A DNA stretch of 64,000 bases from an uncultured Pirellulaceae bacterium. GTDB taxonomy: Bacteria; Planctomycetota; Planctomycetia; Pirellulales; Pirellulaceae. The position numbers and the translations under genes are program-made. This document shows, piece by piece, positions 49,201-59,200 of the stretch. Below the pieces are notes generated by a model. That model ran no database searches. It worked only from the letters and a program-made list of their open reading frames with translations, and was not told the DNA's origin. Location: NCBI GenBank assembly GCA_937928215.1, contig CALFWL010000020.1, forward strand, positions 50,518 to 114,517, in the 5' to 3' direction. Each line of letters begins with the position of its first letter. The first letter of the stretch is position 1.

Positions 49201-50625
49201 GTTGTCTGGGTTTGTTACCCAGTAAGCCGCGGAACTGAGAAAACGATTGGCGTTTTGCCCCACGTGATCATGCGTATCGACGATGAACGGATCGTTCACG
49301 TCAGGCGCAAAGTCACCCACGGCTTCACTGCGACCGACTTTGTGGATTCCAAATGCGATGTTGGAGATATACTGGTTTCCGGTCTCGACACCGTCCTCCA
49401 TGAAGAATCCATGGCCTTGAATGTCATGCAGCACGACGTCTTGAATCAGCACATTGTGAGTGCCGTGAATCGTCAGACCTCGATTGTTCGAATTGGTGAT
49501 ACTCGCACCTCGCAAGACATCACCACTTCGATCACCAGCGATGTGCCAGTGAATCGGGTATCGACCCAGCCTGCTGGTCTGGCCCATGCCGTCAAACTGA
49601 ACGCTGTCGACCGTAATCTGTCCGGCGGAACCCATGATCATCGTGTGACCACCAAAGCCGTCGCCCGTGCCGTTATTGTATCGAGTCCGGTCGCCAAAGA
49701 AGTTGTCGGTGTCGTGCGAGGCCAATCCTTGAATTTTTACGTTACGATTGAGGAGCGCGACTTCCGCTCGCATGTCGATGTCCCACGTGCGAGTCCCGTT
49801 GCCGTAGGTTTCGATTTCGCCGTAGTGGCGACGATTTAACGACGCGTTGAGCGTGACGCGAGACGTTCCATTGCCAAGGTCCGTGATCGCCGTAATGTTC
49901 CGTACCTCTTCGTCGTTGTAGTCATCAGACGAACTGGCGATCACGATCCGGTCCCCGACTTCCCAATCAAGTGATCCATCGGATGCCGCTGAAGTCGTTC
50001 CATCAAAGTTTCGCTCGATCACGTTTTCGACAATGATCTGGTTTGAGTTCACGTTGGCGGTCGTTGCCAATTTGGTGAAGGATAATTTTTCCTTCCCAAA
50101 AAACTGCAACCTGCCACCGCCGCCGACCATCAAGAACGAGTCATTGTCGGTTACCTGACCTGCCCCCTCGATATTGAAAGTCTGAGTCGGATCGTCACCG
50201 GTCAGCGTGACTGTAAAATCAACTGCATCGAAACGATTTGACTCGGTGCCAATTTGAAAAACCCCGCCACTGTTGACATGGATCCAGTTGGCGGTCAACG
50301 TTTTGTCGCTGCCTGATTCGGCCACGTCCAAGATTCCCTGGACGACGATCTCGCGCGCCGAGTGGTTTGTCCCGTTCAGCGTGACGGTGCGACCTGATGG
50401 AATAATGGCTCGTTCGGTGGCATCAGGAACCCCGTTATCCCAAGTACTTGGTGAATTCCAATCGCCGGTTTGGACCGCGATCGTCGCCAGCATCTGACGC
50501 GGCTCAAGAGTCTGAAAATCGAGCGACGTTCGCTCCTTTGATCGGTTTGATCTTCGCCGAGCCTTCCGTTTGAGCGATCGCGATGCCTTGGTCGCCCACC
50601 CAGATTTACCGATCGACTTCATCAT
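46225..50625 (-). CDS. large secreted G8-domain / right-handed beta-helix (CEMIP/TMEM2-like) protein with cadherin-like modules and C-terminal dockerin-like repeats
   Basis: Basic N-terminus with TLEPRQMLA. G8-like region: WNSPSTWDNGVPDATERAIIPSGRTVTLNG...IVVQGIL...GGVFQIGT. Beta-helix core: LGRYPIHWHIAGDRSGDVLRGASITNSNNRGLTIHGTHNVLIQDVVLHDIQGHGFFMEDGVETGN. Cadherin-like module: VTIDVLDNDSDPDNDPLTV. Duplicated GDADLDGSVDVLGDGF / GDFNNDGNVDVLGDGF at 46633-46812. Confidence 0.85.
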   Translation of the reverse strand: MMKSIGKSGWATKASRSLKRKARRRSNRSKERTSLDFQTLEPRQMLATIAVQTGDWNSPSTWDNGVPDATERAIIPSGRTVTLNGTNHSAREIVVQGILDVAESGSDKTLTANWIHVNSGGVFQIGTESNRFDAVDFTVTLTGDDPTQTFNIEGAGQVTDNDSFLMVGGGGRLQFFGKEKLSFTKLATTANVNSNQIIVENVIERNFDGTTSAASDGSLDWEVGDRIVIASSSDDYNDEEVRNITAITDLGNGTSRVTLNASLNRRHYGEIETYGNGTRTWDIDMRAEVALLNRNVKIQGLASHDTDNFFGDRTRYNNGTGDGFGGHTMIMGSAGQITVDSVQFDGMGQTSRLGRYPIHWHIAGDRSGDVLRGASITNSNNRGLTIHGTHNVLIQDVVLHDIQGHGFFMEDGVETGNQYISNIAFGIHKVGRSEAVGDFAPDVNDPFIVDTHDHVGQNANRFLSSAAYWVTNPDNNWVGNISAGSEGTGFWFILPNRAIGVSASDPQYNNVRPERTNLRQFDYNSSHASPAGLNFDRGSDLEGPVGRNLKAFFDGDNWLPPDEPQINFYTAYQHRVGVYHRGFDANFHEMRFADNFTSTFVTFTQRITDSLYVGHSRGNSNLSDRVTGHTLYDGANTLDGVHFAGFADNDAHTFRAHSAARRNTHHVMSNTSFEDDGSAFNVSIATQGGGSNHNSATNQFTPSAIYDADGTLTGHVGGVAGSTVVSNHPFFYDANDFQPAGWNAWVSDDLYSFLRFYANNSSADIRFTSPDGDSSTGSNNNSKTVVKLDAGDYTIDFPGGVNSVRSGFEILFQVDVGPDNGSTMVRFRDIRESLTLDNIPRVRNLATLRNSNRRAFAVDGDDLWVKFFSSSNRVDFVPGTNAPNTNESPNAVGDTATTTTGNSVTIDVLDNDSDPDNDPLTVTVVPGDGSVVVADYVDDFQRGTPANGWQYLYNASGAFGSSNYTAMVASGTGYRPSGQTYPIIASSYAHAGDGTAEDSNGLQRYAIAAFTVPESGFYFIANSTVSMNANRFPVDGVNISAHITGGDVTTLGVFGQGESGNFDGPIGFATAGQVIYVGVGANTHKGDDNTTLDFSIVRATGPTNGEVTVNPDKTINFSPTPGFAGATSFTYRIDDGQGGFDTATVNVTVQPPAVIPSIVSVVRDGGDQSRPDLWSTLQIEFNTDVRIFSSSLQLFHDTDGGSPVSLAGAQFDYDSTNFVATWNFENMATPMQEAYYTYHLSSPAVTSINGQTQLDGDGNGTAGGDLTRQEYVAIPGDADLDGSVDVLGDGFILVSNLGTNGGAMWSQGDFNNDGNVDVLGDGFALVRNLGKSVTPPSAAPAQFAVSSPFPTSDPSEEIQRRVVAAKTDQPTSLRLTETLILPEPTFQVDTSTNGLPEAQIAQFTATKDKPRSTPKQIEPTVAPELSGNQARDNVFSDPNMSYPVGDDVSSSSLELASVLAGDSTVL

Positions 50626-51343
50626 GTGTCCTGACCCGTGTTGATGGAATGCGCTGAGCCTTGCGGGCTAAACTCCGTTCGTGGAAGTGGACAGCAGTGA
50701 GTCGGCAACCTTGGTTTTGCTGCATGTTGTCGGAACCGTTTCAGAGCGGTTTCGTGCGACGACAACAGTTTCAGATAAACGAAGTACGGTCTGTATACCT
50801 GCCTTTATCGCGGCTGGAAAGGCAAGGTTTTCATTGTAGATTGTTAACATGGAATAGGAAGAGGTGGTGTCTACAAGTCTGTTCCCGTCCGCAAGACATC
50901 GTGTTTTGGCTGGAAACCTTCTGGAATTTCCTACGACTTGAAAACTAATGCTCCAGCTTGACCGTCAGACTTGCAAATACTGGAGTTTCGATGGTTAAAA
51001 ATCATTGTAAATTTTGACAGAAATCAAGCCGCTACGGTCGCATAAGGGCGCACAGAGCTTTGCAATAATGTTAACAATTAACACTATGCTGGCTTGCTTG
51101 TAAGGATCGCCCAGGGGATCAACCGTGGTACCAACGATTCAAATTCTGTCGTCTTGCCAAGGTTTTGCGACGGGCGGGTGGGGGTCCTCGTTGTCTGAGC
51201 AACGGTTAGAACGATGCACTGCCGCGCCGTTCGGGTCTTGTTATGTCAGGTCTTAGTATGACGTGCAATCAAGTACGTTTTTCCATTTGTCGTACCACCG
51301 TTTCGTTATTTTCTTTCCTTCATTCTTTTTGAACGGTTCAATC

Positions 51344-52471
51344 ATGAAAACAAACTTGCGACAAACACGGCAAACAGGATTCACACTTGTCGAATTGTTG
51401 GTGGTGATCGCCATCATTGGCATTCTGATCGGCATGCTTTTGCCTGCGGTGCAGCAGGTACGTGAAGCGGCTCGTCGATCGTCCTGTCTGAATAACGTTA
51501 AGCAGCTGGGCTTGGCTGCTCACAATTGCGCGTCGGCTCGTGAATTCTTTCCAACCAGTGGCGCCCGAACATCAGACATTTGGTGGGCGGTTGATGTCGA
51601 GCATGGGATAAACGGTGGTAGCGGTCAGGAACTAGCGGGATGGGTGTACCAGCTTCTTCCCTTCATGGAACAAGGAAACATTGCAGACTTGCGATCAGAC
51701 ACCGTCGGCCTGACGGATGTGCCCCCCGGGCTTGATATGGAAATTTGCGCAATGCCGATCCCGACGATGACGTGTCCTACCCGAGGAACAAGGAGTTGGA
51801 CAATTTCGGGAACGCTGACAACGTGGTTTTGTGGTGACTAAGCAAATGTTGAGGGTGTGGAAGAGGCTGCTCCCGGCACTGCCGTTGAGTCTATCGATTG
51901 GAGCCTTGCGAGAACCCAGCCTTTTGAAGAATATTATATTGGTTTGATCTCGCGGGCCGGTCGTTTTCAATCGGCGTTGGCCAATCCAAACCTGAATGAC
52001 CCTTCAGCCAATTCGTTTACAAAATGGAATCGCATCGGGCCGGAGGACGCTACCGACGGAACTTCGAACACCATCATGTTCGCCGAGTCATCTCAGTCGT
52101 CACAACTGTACGGAGAAAACGTGACCTCTGGAGATCAATGGAGAATTATTGGAAACGTCGGAGGGGTCTACGCTCCTGGCTTTTGGACCAACGGTCGATT
52201 GACCAACGGAAGAACGACAAGCAACTCTGGTGCGAAACAAGAAGCTCTACTGCTTGCCGATACTGAAGATGATCGAGACAGAGCGGGTCAATGGGACATT
52301 AACGCACTGCCCACTGACGAGTGGGGATTTGGATCCCCGCATCCTGGCACCGTGACCGCTGTTTTTGGTGACGGATCTTGCCGATCGGTCAGCATGGACG
52401 TCGATTGGGCAACTTGGCAAAACGCGTGTGTTCGAAACGACGGGGCGGTTCTGGACTTGGGTAATTTCTAA
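51344..52471 (+). pseudogene. DUF1559 / prepilin-type N-terminal methylation + H-X9-DG protein, interrupted by an in-frame TAA at 51839-51841
   Basis: N-terminus [48 protein letters not shown]-terminus FGSPHPGTVTAVFGDGSCRSV (H-X9-DG). ORF-track entries 51263-51841 and 51857-52471 are in the same reading frame, separated only by the TAA: ...WFCGD*ANVEGV... Confidence 0.8.
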
Positions 52472-52562
52472 TCCCGCCGTTGCCATTCATTCAGAGTACT
52501 CACCGACTTGGCGGCTCGTCTGAGCCCTTAGGTCGTCTTTCATCTTTCAGGAGATCTGTCGC

Positions 52563-53051
52563 GTGAAATCGATTAGCAGCAAAATAGCGACCGTCATTTG
52601 TCTGTTGCTCATCGTTGCCGTCACATCTGGCTGTGGACCGAAGGGGCCTTCAATTGCCGAACAGAACAACACAAACATTCTTAGAGCTCGGGCAGCCTAT
52701 GGTGTGTTTCTGGTCGGGCATGGCATGCAAGGTCCCAAGTCCAAGGAGGAGTTGATGGAGTACCTTAAAACCAGCGAGACGGCTCGAGTCAAGTTGGCAA
52801 AAATGGATGTTTCACCAGAGTCGATGGATGAAATCTTCATTAGTGATCGAGACGGCGAGCCTTTCAAGATTCGGTACGGGGTCAAGGGGATGGCCGATCA
52901 CGCGGTGATCTTTGAGTCGGTTGGTGTCGATGGAAAGCGTTATGTCGCCTACAACAAACCGATCGAACTGGACAAGGCTGCCTACGACAAAGCATGGCAA
53001 GGGAAAGCCAAAGTTGAAGATGGAATGGGTGAGATGATGAAAGACAACTGA
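52563..53051 (+). CDS. small putative lipoprotein
   Basis: Signal peptide with a lipobox-like IVAVTSGC. It is 162 aa with a GTG start, located downstream of the DUF1559 gene. I recognised no family. Confidence 0.55.
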   Translation: MKSISSKIATVICLLLIVAVTSGCGPKGPSIAEQNNTNILRARAAYGVFLVGHGMQGPKSKEELMEYLKTSETARVKLAKMDVSPESMDEIFISDRDGEPFKIRYGVKGMADHAVIFESVGVDGKRYVAYNKPIELDKAAYDKAWQGKAKVEDGMGEMMKDN

Positions 53052-53170
53052 GCGGGCAATGGTAGCCAATTTTCCTGCCTGCTGCCAAAAACAATGAGCA
53101 CGGCAACCCGTGCCAGTTCCGTTTCACGTCTGTGATTGAATCCGACGTGAAGATGCCTGCATCCAGACAA

Positions 53171-54343
53171 TTATTTTGCATTCGCGCCCTTGGCCACGTG
53201 CTGGGTTTTTCTTGCTGAAGTGAAGCGGCGAATGTACTGGTAGTCCCCCGTTTTGTATTGGTGAGTCAAACCCCAACGCAGAATCTCAGTCGGCTCTTTC
53301 TCTGTGTCGGCGGCCCGGTTGAGCCCGATCGCGTGAGGAGCATCTTTGATAACCGACATGATCTCGAAATTGATCCCGTCGGGCGACCATTGAATCGTGT
53401 TCTTTTCCGGGCCGTCGGTTGTGATTAGCGAAGCAATGCCTCCGTTGTAGAGCCACACGCAGACCTCATGTCCGCTGTTGCTGATAGGGTTGTACGGACT
53501 CTTGATGTAAGGGCCTTTCGGGTTGTCGGCGATCGCGACTCCATGGCGGATCTGTCGCCCACCAAATGTGATCGCCTCGCCCATCTGTTCGCCCTTGTAG
53601 TACAGATAGAACTTGCCATTGAACGGTAAAATGCAAGGGTCGTGAACTTTGTGGCTGTCGAAGTCGCCCTTTTTTTCAACCATGAAACGGTTTTGCTGTT
53701 CGCCTTTCCAGATTCCGTTGTCGGCCGGGCTCAGGATCGGCTCGACACTTTTTGTCCACGGACCGTCGGGAGAATTCGACCACGCAAGCCCGACTTGGTT
53801 TTTGACTCGAACATTATATGGCGATTTAACCGTTTGGTAGCAAAGATAATACATCCCGTCGTGCTTCATGATCTCGCACGTGAACACGGAACGATCGTCG
53901 TACGATCCGGCATTACCGCGAGCGACAGCCAGTCCTTCTTCCTTCCACGTGATCCCATCTTCGGACGTGGCGTACCACAGATCGCATCGATCCCAAGGAA
54001 ATACTTTCTCGTTTTCAATGTCGCCTGCAAAACCCTGAGTCGGTCCCGTTCCTCGTGAATACCAAACGTAGTACTTGCCGTTTTCTTTGATCATCGCACT
54101 GGGATCGCGTCGAATGACACCTTCCTCGTACGCTAGGTCGCCCTTCAAATCCTGCGTTCTGAACTCGACAAACCATTCGTTTCCAATGTTGGGCCATTTC
54201 AACGCGCGCTTGGATGCGGCGCTTAATTGGTCAGCATTGGTAATTCCCAGAAAATCTATCTGTTCGGGCGTCGGACGAGGAGTTTCTTGAGCCAAAGCGT
54301 CAGTTGCCAAACAGGCGGCCAGAAGCATAACAATCAATTTCAT
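53171..54343 (-). CDS. five-bladed beta-propeller glycoside hydrolase, GH117/GH43-like
   Basis: Signal peptide [19 protein letters not shown]. The motifs [63 protein letters not shown] and [18 protein letters not shown] are typical of the GH43-clan propeller. Overall it resembles GH117 (anhydro-L-galactosidase family) as I remember it. I placed the start at ATG 54343. Confidence 0.65.
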   Translation of the reverse strand: MKLIVMLLAACLATDALAQETPRPTPEQIDFLGITNADQLSAASKRALKWPNIGNEWFVEFRTQDLKGDLAYEEGVIRRDPSAMIKENGKYYVWYSRGTGPTQGFAGDIENEKVFPWDRCDLWYATSEDGITWKEEGLAVARGNAGSYDDRSVFTCEIMKHDGMYYLCYQTVKSPYNVRVKNQVGLAWSNSPDGPWTKSVEPILSPADNGIWKGEQQNRFMVEKKGDFDSHKVHDPCILPFNGKFYLYYKGEQMGEAITFGGRQIRHGVAIADNPKGPYIKSPYNPISNSGHEVCVWLYNGGIASLITTDGPEKNTIQWSPDGINFEIMSVIKDAPHAIGLNRAADTEKEPTEILRWGLTHQYKTGDYQYIRRFTSARKTQHVAKGANAK

Positions 54344-54453
54344 CGGACTCTCGCTACAGTTGCATGGGGTTGTGGGAGTAAATCCTTCGTCACCGACAAT
54401 GTTAACAATCAACATGAAAGCCAGCAAGAACCTGCCAATGAAATGAGACGCCG

Positions 54454-55746
54454 TCAATCCTGCTTGATACAGTACAGATGCGACAGGCTTCGAAGTATCA
54501 GTCTGTTGCCGCTGATCGCTGGAGACGCTCGAAAGCCGTCACCTAAAGTCGTCTTCGATACAGATTTGAATTGGTCGCCCGGTTCGAAAACCTGGATCAC
54601 GCCGTCTTCGTCGAATGCGAAAATATTCGTTCCGTCAAACACGGGGGACGCAGAAAATGTTCCACCCATCCGCTTCTGCCAGACGACCGATCCATCCTCG
54701 GTATCAATGCAGCTTGCGATCCCTCTGTCACTGACCATGTACAGTCGATCGTCGATAATCAGCGGAGAAGGCTTTTTGATCACGGCGCGAGTCTGCGACC
54801 AGACAATGTTGGAATCGGTGATGTTGCCTGCGCCGCGAGGATCCACAGCAATCATTTTTCCCGTCCCGTTGGCAATGATCACGTTTCCTTCTTGAGTCAT
54901 CAGCGGCCTCGCTGACGCATTCATGCCGCCGTGGTAGACCGTCCAGACGGTTTCCCCTGTGTCCGGCCGGTAGGCGATGGTTGCGATCGCACTCGGGCAA
55001 ACAACCAACATTTTTTCGTTCACGTCAAACACGGACGCGGTGCCAAACGCTTTTTTGTAGTCTCCGTTTTTAGTTCCGTATTCGATTTCCCGATCACGTT
55101 TCCAAACGGTTTCACCAGTCAGTTTGTCGATCGCGACCACGTATTGATGATCGAATCCATCCAATGAGACGATCAACAGATGTTTGTAAAGAATGGGTGA
55201 CGATGCGGGGCCTCGAAAGTGGTCACACGGCAAATCGGTTCGTTGCCAAATCTGTTTTCCGGTCGCGGCATCCAAGCACGTCGTGCCGTAGCTGCCAAAG
55301 TGCAGGTAAACGCGGTCCGATTCAATCACCGGAGTCGGGCTGGCGTAACTGTTGGTGGGGTGACAATCATCCGGATCATCGTTTTGATGAATCACCAAGT
55401 CGTGAATAATTTCTCCGGACTCATAATCAACGCAGATGGCCGACATGGTCTTGCCGTCGAAAGTTGCCGTCGTCAACCAGATTTGATCGTCCCAGATCAC
55501 CGGTGATGACCAACCCTTGCCGTGAATTTTGGTCTTCCACTGAACGCAGGATGCATCCGTGAAATCGGTTGGCAGTTTCGCGCCGATCGCTTTGCCGTCT
55601 CCTGTCGGGCCTCGAAATTCGGGCCAATTCGATCTGGCAACGGACCGTTTGATCTGAGCCAAAACGCTGGGAGGTTTGACCGCTAACACGATCAAGACAA
55701 TGACCACCGCAAGCACGACTCGCCGAGTTGATTCAATCGATATCAT
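54454..55746 (-). CDS. PQQ-like / BamB-like beta-propeller repeat protein, secreted
   Basis: Signal anchor [23 protein letters not shown], then [13 protein letters not shown]...[27 protein letters not shown] and repeated W-x-propeller blades. I placed the start at ATG 55746. Confidence 0.75.
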   Translation of the reverse strand: MISIESTRRVVLAVVIVLIVLAVKPPSVLAQIKRSVARSNWPEFRGPTGDGKAIGAKLPTDFTDASCVQWKTKIHGKGWSSPVIWDDQIWLTTATFDGKTMSAICVDYESGEIIHDLVIHQNDDPDDCHPTNSYASPTPVIESDRVYLHFGSYGTTCLDAATGKQIWQRTDLPCDHFRGPASSPILYKHLLIVSLDGFDHQYVVAIDKLTGETVWKRDREIEYGTKNGDYKKAFGTASVFDVNEKMLVVCPSAIATIAYRPDTGETVWTVYHGGMNASARPLMTQEGNVIIANGTGKMIAVDPRGAGNITDSNIVWSQTRAVIKKPSPLIIDDRLYMVSDRGIASCIDTEDGSVVWQKRMGGTFSASPVFDGTNIFAFDEDGVIQVFEPGDQFKSVSKTTLGDGFRASPAISGNRLILRSLSHLYCIKQD

Positions 55747-55879
55747 GAAAGTTCCTTGCAAATGGAGGGCGAGATAAAACACGTCTTTTCGTCGCCTGAT
55801 ATCAGGCCATCTCCGTATGGCGTAATTTAAGCTCGATTGCGTCTGGCGTCTCGGCAGCGGATGTGAAGCACACTCCGGG

Positions 55880-55922
55880 TAAAACGGTTTCTCCGTTAAA
55901 GTAAACGGTTTCTTCGTTAAAG
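55880..55922. promoter_or_regulatory. two tandem 21-22-nt units, each an inverted repeat (candidate operator pair or twin hairpins) in a divergent intergenic region
   Basis: TAAAACGGTTTCTCCGTTAAAG (55880-55901) and TAAACGGTTTCTTCGTTAAAG (55902-55922). Each contains AACGG/CCGTT-type arms around a TTTCT loop. The pair lies 134 nt upstream of the PQQ-propeller gene start and about 320 nt upstream of the PSCyt/DUF1549 gene. Confidence 0.35.
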
Positions 55923-56240
55923 ATCATGAAGTAGTTCACGAAGTCAAAACTTTTTTGGGGACGGCGGGTTCATTCAAAGAGGTCCGTCGTCGATAAGCCT
56001 CTTTCCGAATAATGAACGATCGATCGACCAGATCGCTCCGTAGAACCATCGTTCAAAGCAGTCATCATCGCAGTCCAAAACGCCACTTCTGTCGGTTCAC
56101 CACCAGCGTGGGCCACTTGGACGTCCGATTCCTGCCGAATACGATGTCAACAATTAACTGGTTTGAGAGTGCCTACGGTAGTGAGCGCCGCTCGCATCAT
56201 AGATTGAAGATTGATAAAGCGGACTAACACAATTCACTTG

Positions 56241-59200
56241 ATGGGTATTATGTCTGAGATCAGCAAAGTTTTCATGGTCGCCGTCGCGCTGATGACTAGC
56301 ACTGGGACCATCGCGAGTGCTCAGGAAGTTTCGTTCAACGACGACGTTCGTCCGATCCTGTCGGACAAATGCTTCCATTGTCACGGTCCAGATGCGACGA
56401 ATCAAGAATCGGACTTTCGACTCGACACGCCAGACAACGCATTGGCTGGCATCGAACCTGGGGATCTAGAATCCAGCTTGGTTCATCTGCGGATTCGTAG
56501 CACAGAAGACCCCATGCCGCCCAGCGACGCAGTCCGGCAGTTGACCGCGAAGGAAAAGGATATTCTCGACGCGTGGATTCTTGCCGGCGCGAAATTTGAC
56601 GATCATTGGTCGTTTGTTCCGCTTCCTGCGTCCGTTGACGTTCCCGATTCAGACGGCAGTTGGGGAAGAAACAAGATCGATTCATTCATCCTTCGTCGCC
56701 TGAATGAGAAGCAGCTCAGCCCCAACGCGCCAGCTCCAAAAGAGGCTTGGCTCAGGCGAGTCACGTTTGACCTGACCGGTTTACCACCCACCGTCGCAGA
56801 GATCGACGCTTTTCTGAACGACAATGCGGACACCGCTTACGCTACGGTCGTGGATGACTTGTTGAACCGCGCATCCTGTGCGGAACGGCTGACGACCGAG
56901 TGGTTGGATGTCGCTCGATATGCAGACTCGTACGGTTACCAGCGCGATGACGAGCGTTTTGTGTGGCCGTACCGCGATTGGGTCGTGGAAGCGTTCAACC
57001 AGAACATGCCTTACGACGAATTCATCACTTGGCAGTTGGCAGGCGACCTGTTCCCCAACGCGACACGAAACCAAAAATTGGCCACCGTCTTTAATCGTTT
57101 GCATTCGCACAAAAAAGAGGGCGGCGTCGCGCTCGAAGAGTTTCGGGTTGAAAACGTGGCCGATCGCACTCATACAGTCGGCGCGGCATTCATGGGGCTG
57201 ACGTTTGAATGTTCTCGTTGCCACGATCACAAATACGATCCGATTACGGCAAAAGATTATTACAGTCTTAGTTCGTTTTTTGCCAACATTGACGAACGCG
57301 GGTTGATCTCTTATTTCACCGACGCGGTGCCAACTCCCGCGATGCCGCTTCCCGACGAAGAGCAAGAGAAAGCGTTACAAGAAGCAGAAGCGAAAATTGC
57401 GATCGCGCAGCGAGAACTTGATCGTGTCCAGCAAGGAGCATTGAACGATTTTGAAAAGTGGTTGGAAAACCGCCCGTCGAGTCGTCAATTCAATGCCATC
57501 AGCGGCCTGTTGGCTCACGTTACGTTCGACGAATTCGAGGATCCTCAGCCGTTTGAAATTCTTGGCGAGTACGACAGCAAAAAGAAAGAAACGTTGGACC
57601 TGGATAAATTTCATGGTCTCAAGAATGAGGTCAACAAAGAAAGTCAGGCGTTTACACCCAAGGCCAACCGGTTGGTTGATGGCAAACTTGGCAAAGCCAT
57701 CAAGCTGACTGGAGATGACCCGGTCGAGATACCCAATACGGCGCAGTTTTCGCGTGACCAACCTTTCACTTGCGCGTTATGGATTAACTTGCCTGAAACC
57801 GAAAGTCGAGCGGTGATCTATCGTCATTCGCGAGGCTGGGATGACGCGGGCAGTATCGGCTACGAACTGATCAAGGAAGGTGGAGTTCTGAACGCGAAAC
57901 TGACGCACTTCTGGCCCGGTAACGCGATCTGTGTCGAAACCAAAGAGCCACTTGTGCAAGACCAGTGGTACCACGTTACCGTGACTTATGATGGATCAAG
58001 CAAAGCGAACGGGCTACAGATCTTTGTCGATGGCAAACGGGCCAAAACGAAAACGGTTCAGGATCACTTGACTCGTCAGATTACTGATTGGCGAGGTGGC
58101 GATCGAAATTTTGCGATTGGAGCCCGCTATCGTGACCGCGGGTTCAAAGATGGCTTGGTCGATGACTTTCGCGTTTTTGATCGAAACTTGTCGGAACTGG
58201 AAGTGCGACAGTTGTTTGACGGTCAGTCGCTCATCGAAGCACGTGAACGATCGGTCGCAGACATCTCGCTTGACGAACGCCTCGATTTGCTTGAATACTA
58301 TGTGCTCGCGCATCACAAGCCCAGCCAACGAGCCCGTAAAGAACTGCAAAACGCTCGCGTTGAATGGAACAAGGCGATGGATGCGACTTCCGCGATTACC
58401 GTGATGCGTGAACAACCAACGCCTCGCCCGGCTTATCTGCTCAAACGCGGAGGCTACGACAATCGTGGTGAGGAAGTGTCTGCTGACACGCCAGCGTTTC
58501 TTCCGGATTTCCCCGAGGATCAGCCAAGGAATCGTTTGGGATTGGCGAAATGGTTGACGTCTCCCGACCATCCGCTGACGGCTCGTGTGACCGTCAATCG
58601 GTATTGGCAGTTGATGTTTGGCGAAGGCTTGGTGCGGACGCCAGAAGACTTTGGTGTTCAGGGCGAGCGTCCGACTCACCCGCAACTGCTGGATTGGCTT
58701 TCACGCGATTTCGTTGATCACGGCTGGGATGTCCGACGCCTGCTGCGCATGATGGCGCTGTCGGCGACGTATCGGCAAAGTACGGTGGTCAGTCCGGAGG
58801 TTCGTGAGCTCGATCCGGAAAACCGATTGCTCGCGCGAGGCGTCAGCAACCGTCTTTCGGCGGAAATGATTCGCGACAACTTGTTGGCGGTCAGTGGCTT
58901 GCTTGCCACCAAAGTCGGTGGTCCTCCCGTCAAACCTTATGACATCAGCCTGTCGTACAAACCATCTGATCCAGATAAAGGCGAGGGGCTTTATCGCAGA
59001 AGCTTGTACACGTTCTGGCAGCGAACCGCGCCGGCTCCCATGATGACGACGCTCAATGCGAATCGAAGAGACGTATGCCGGCTGCGACGAGATGTTGCTC
59101 CATCGCCCCTGCAAGCGCTGGTGATGCTTAATGGAACTCAGTTTGTTGAGGCGGCAAGAGTCATGGCTGGGAAGTTGCTTGCTGAGTTCGGTGACGACGA

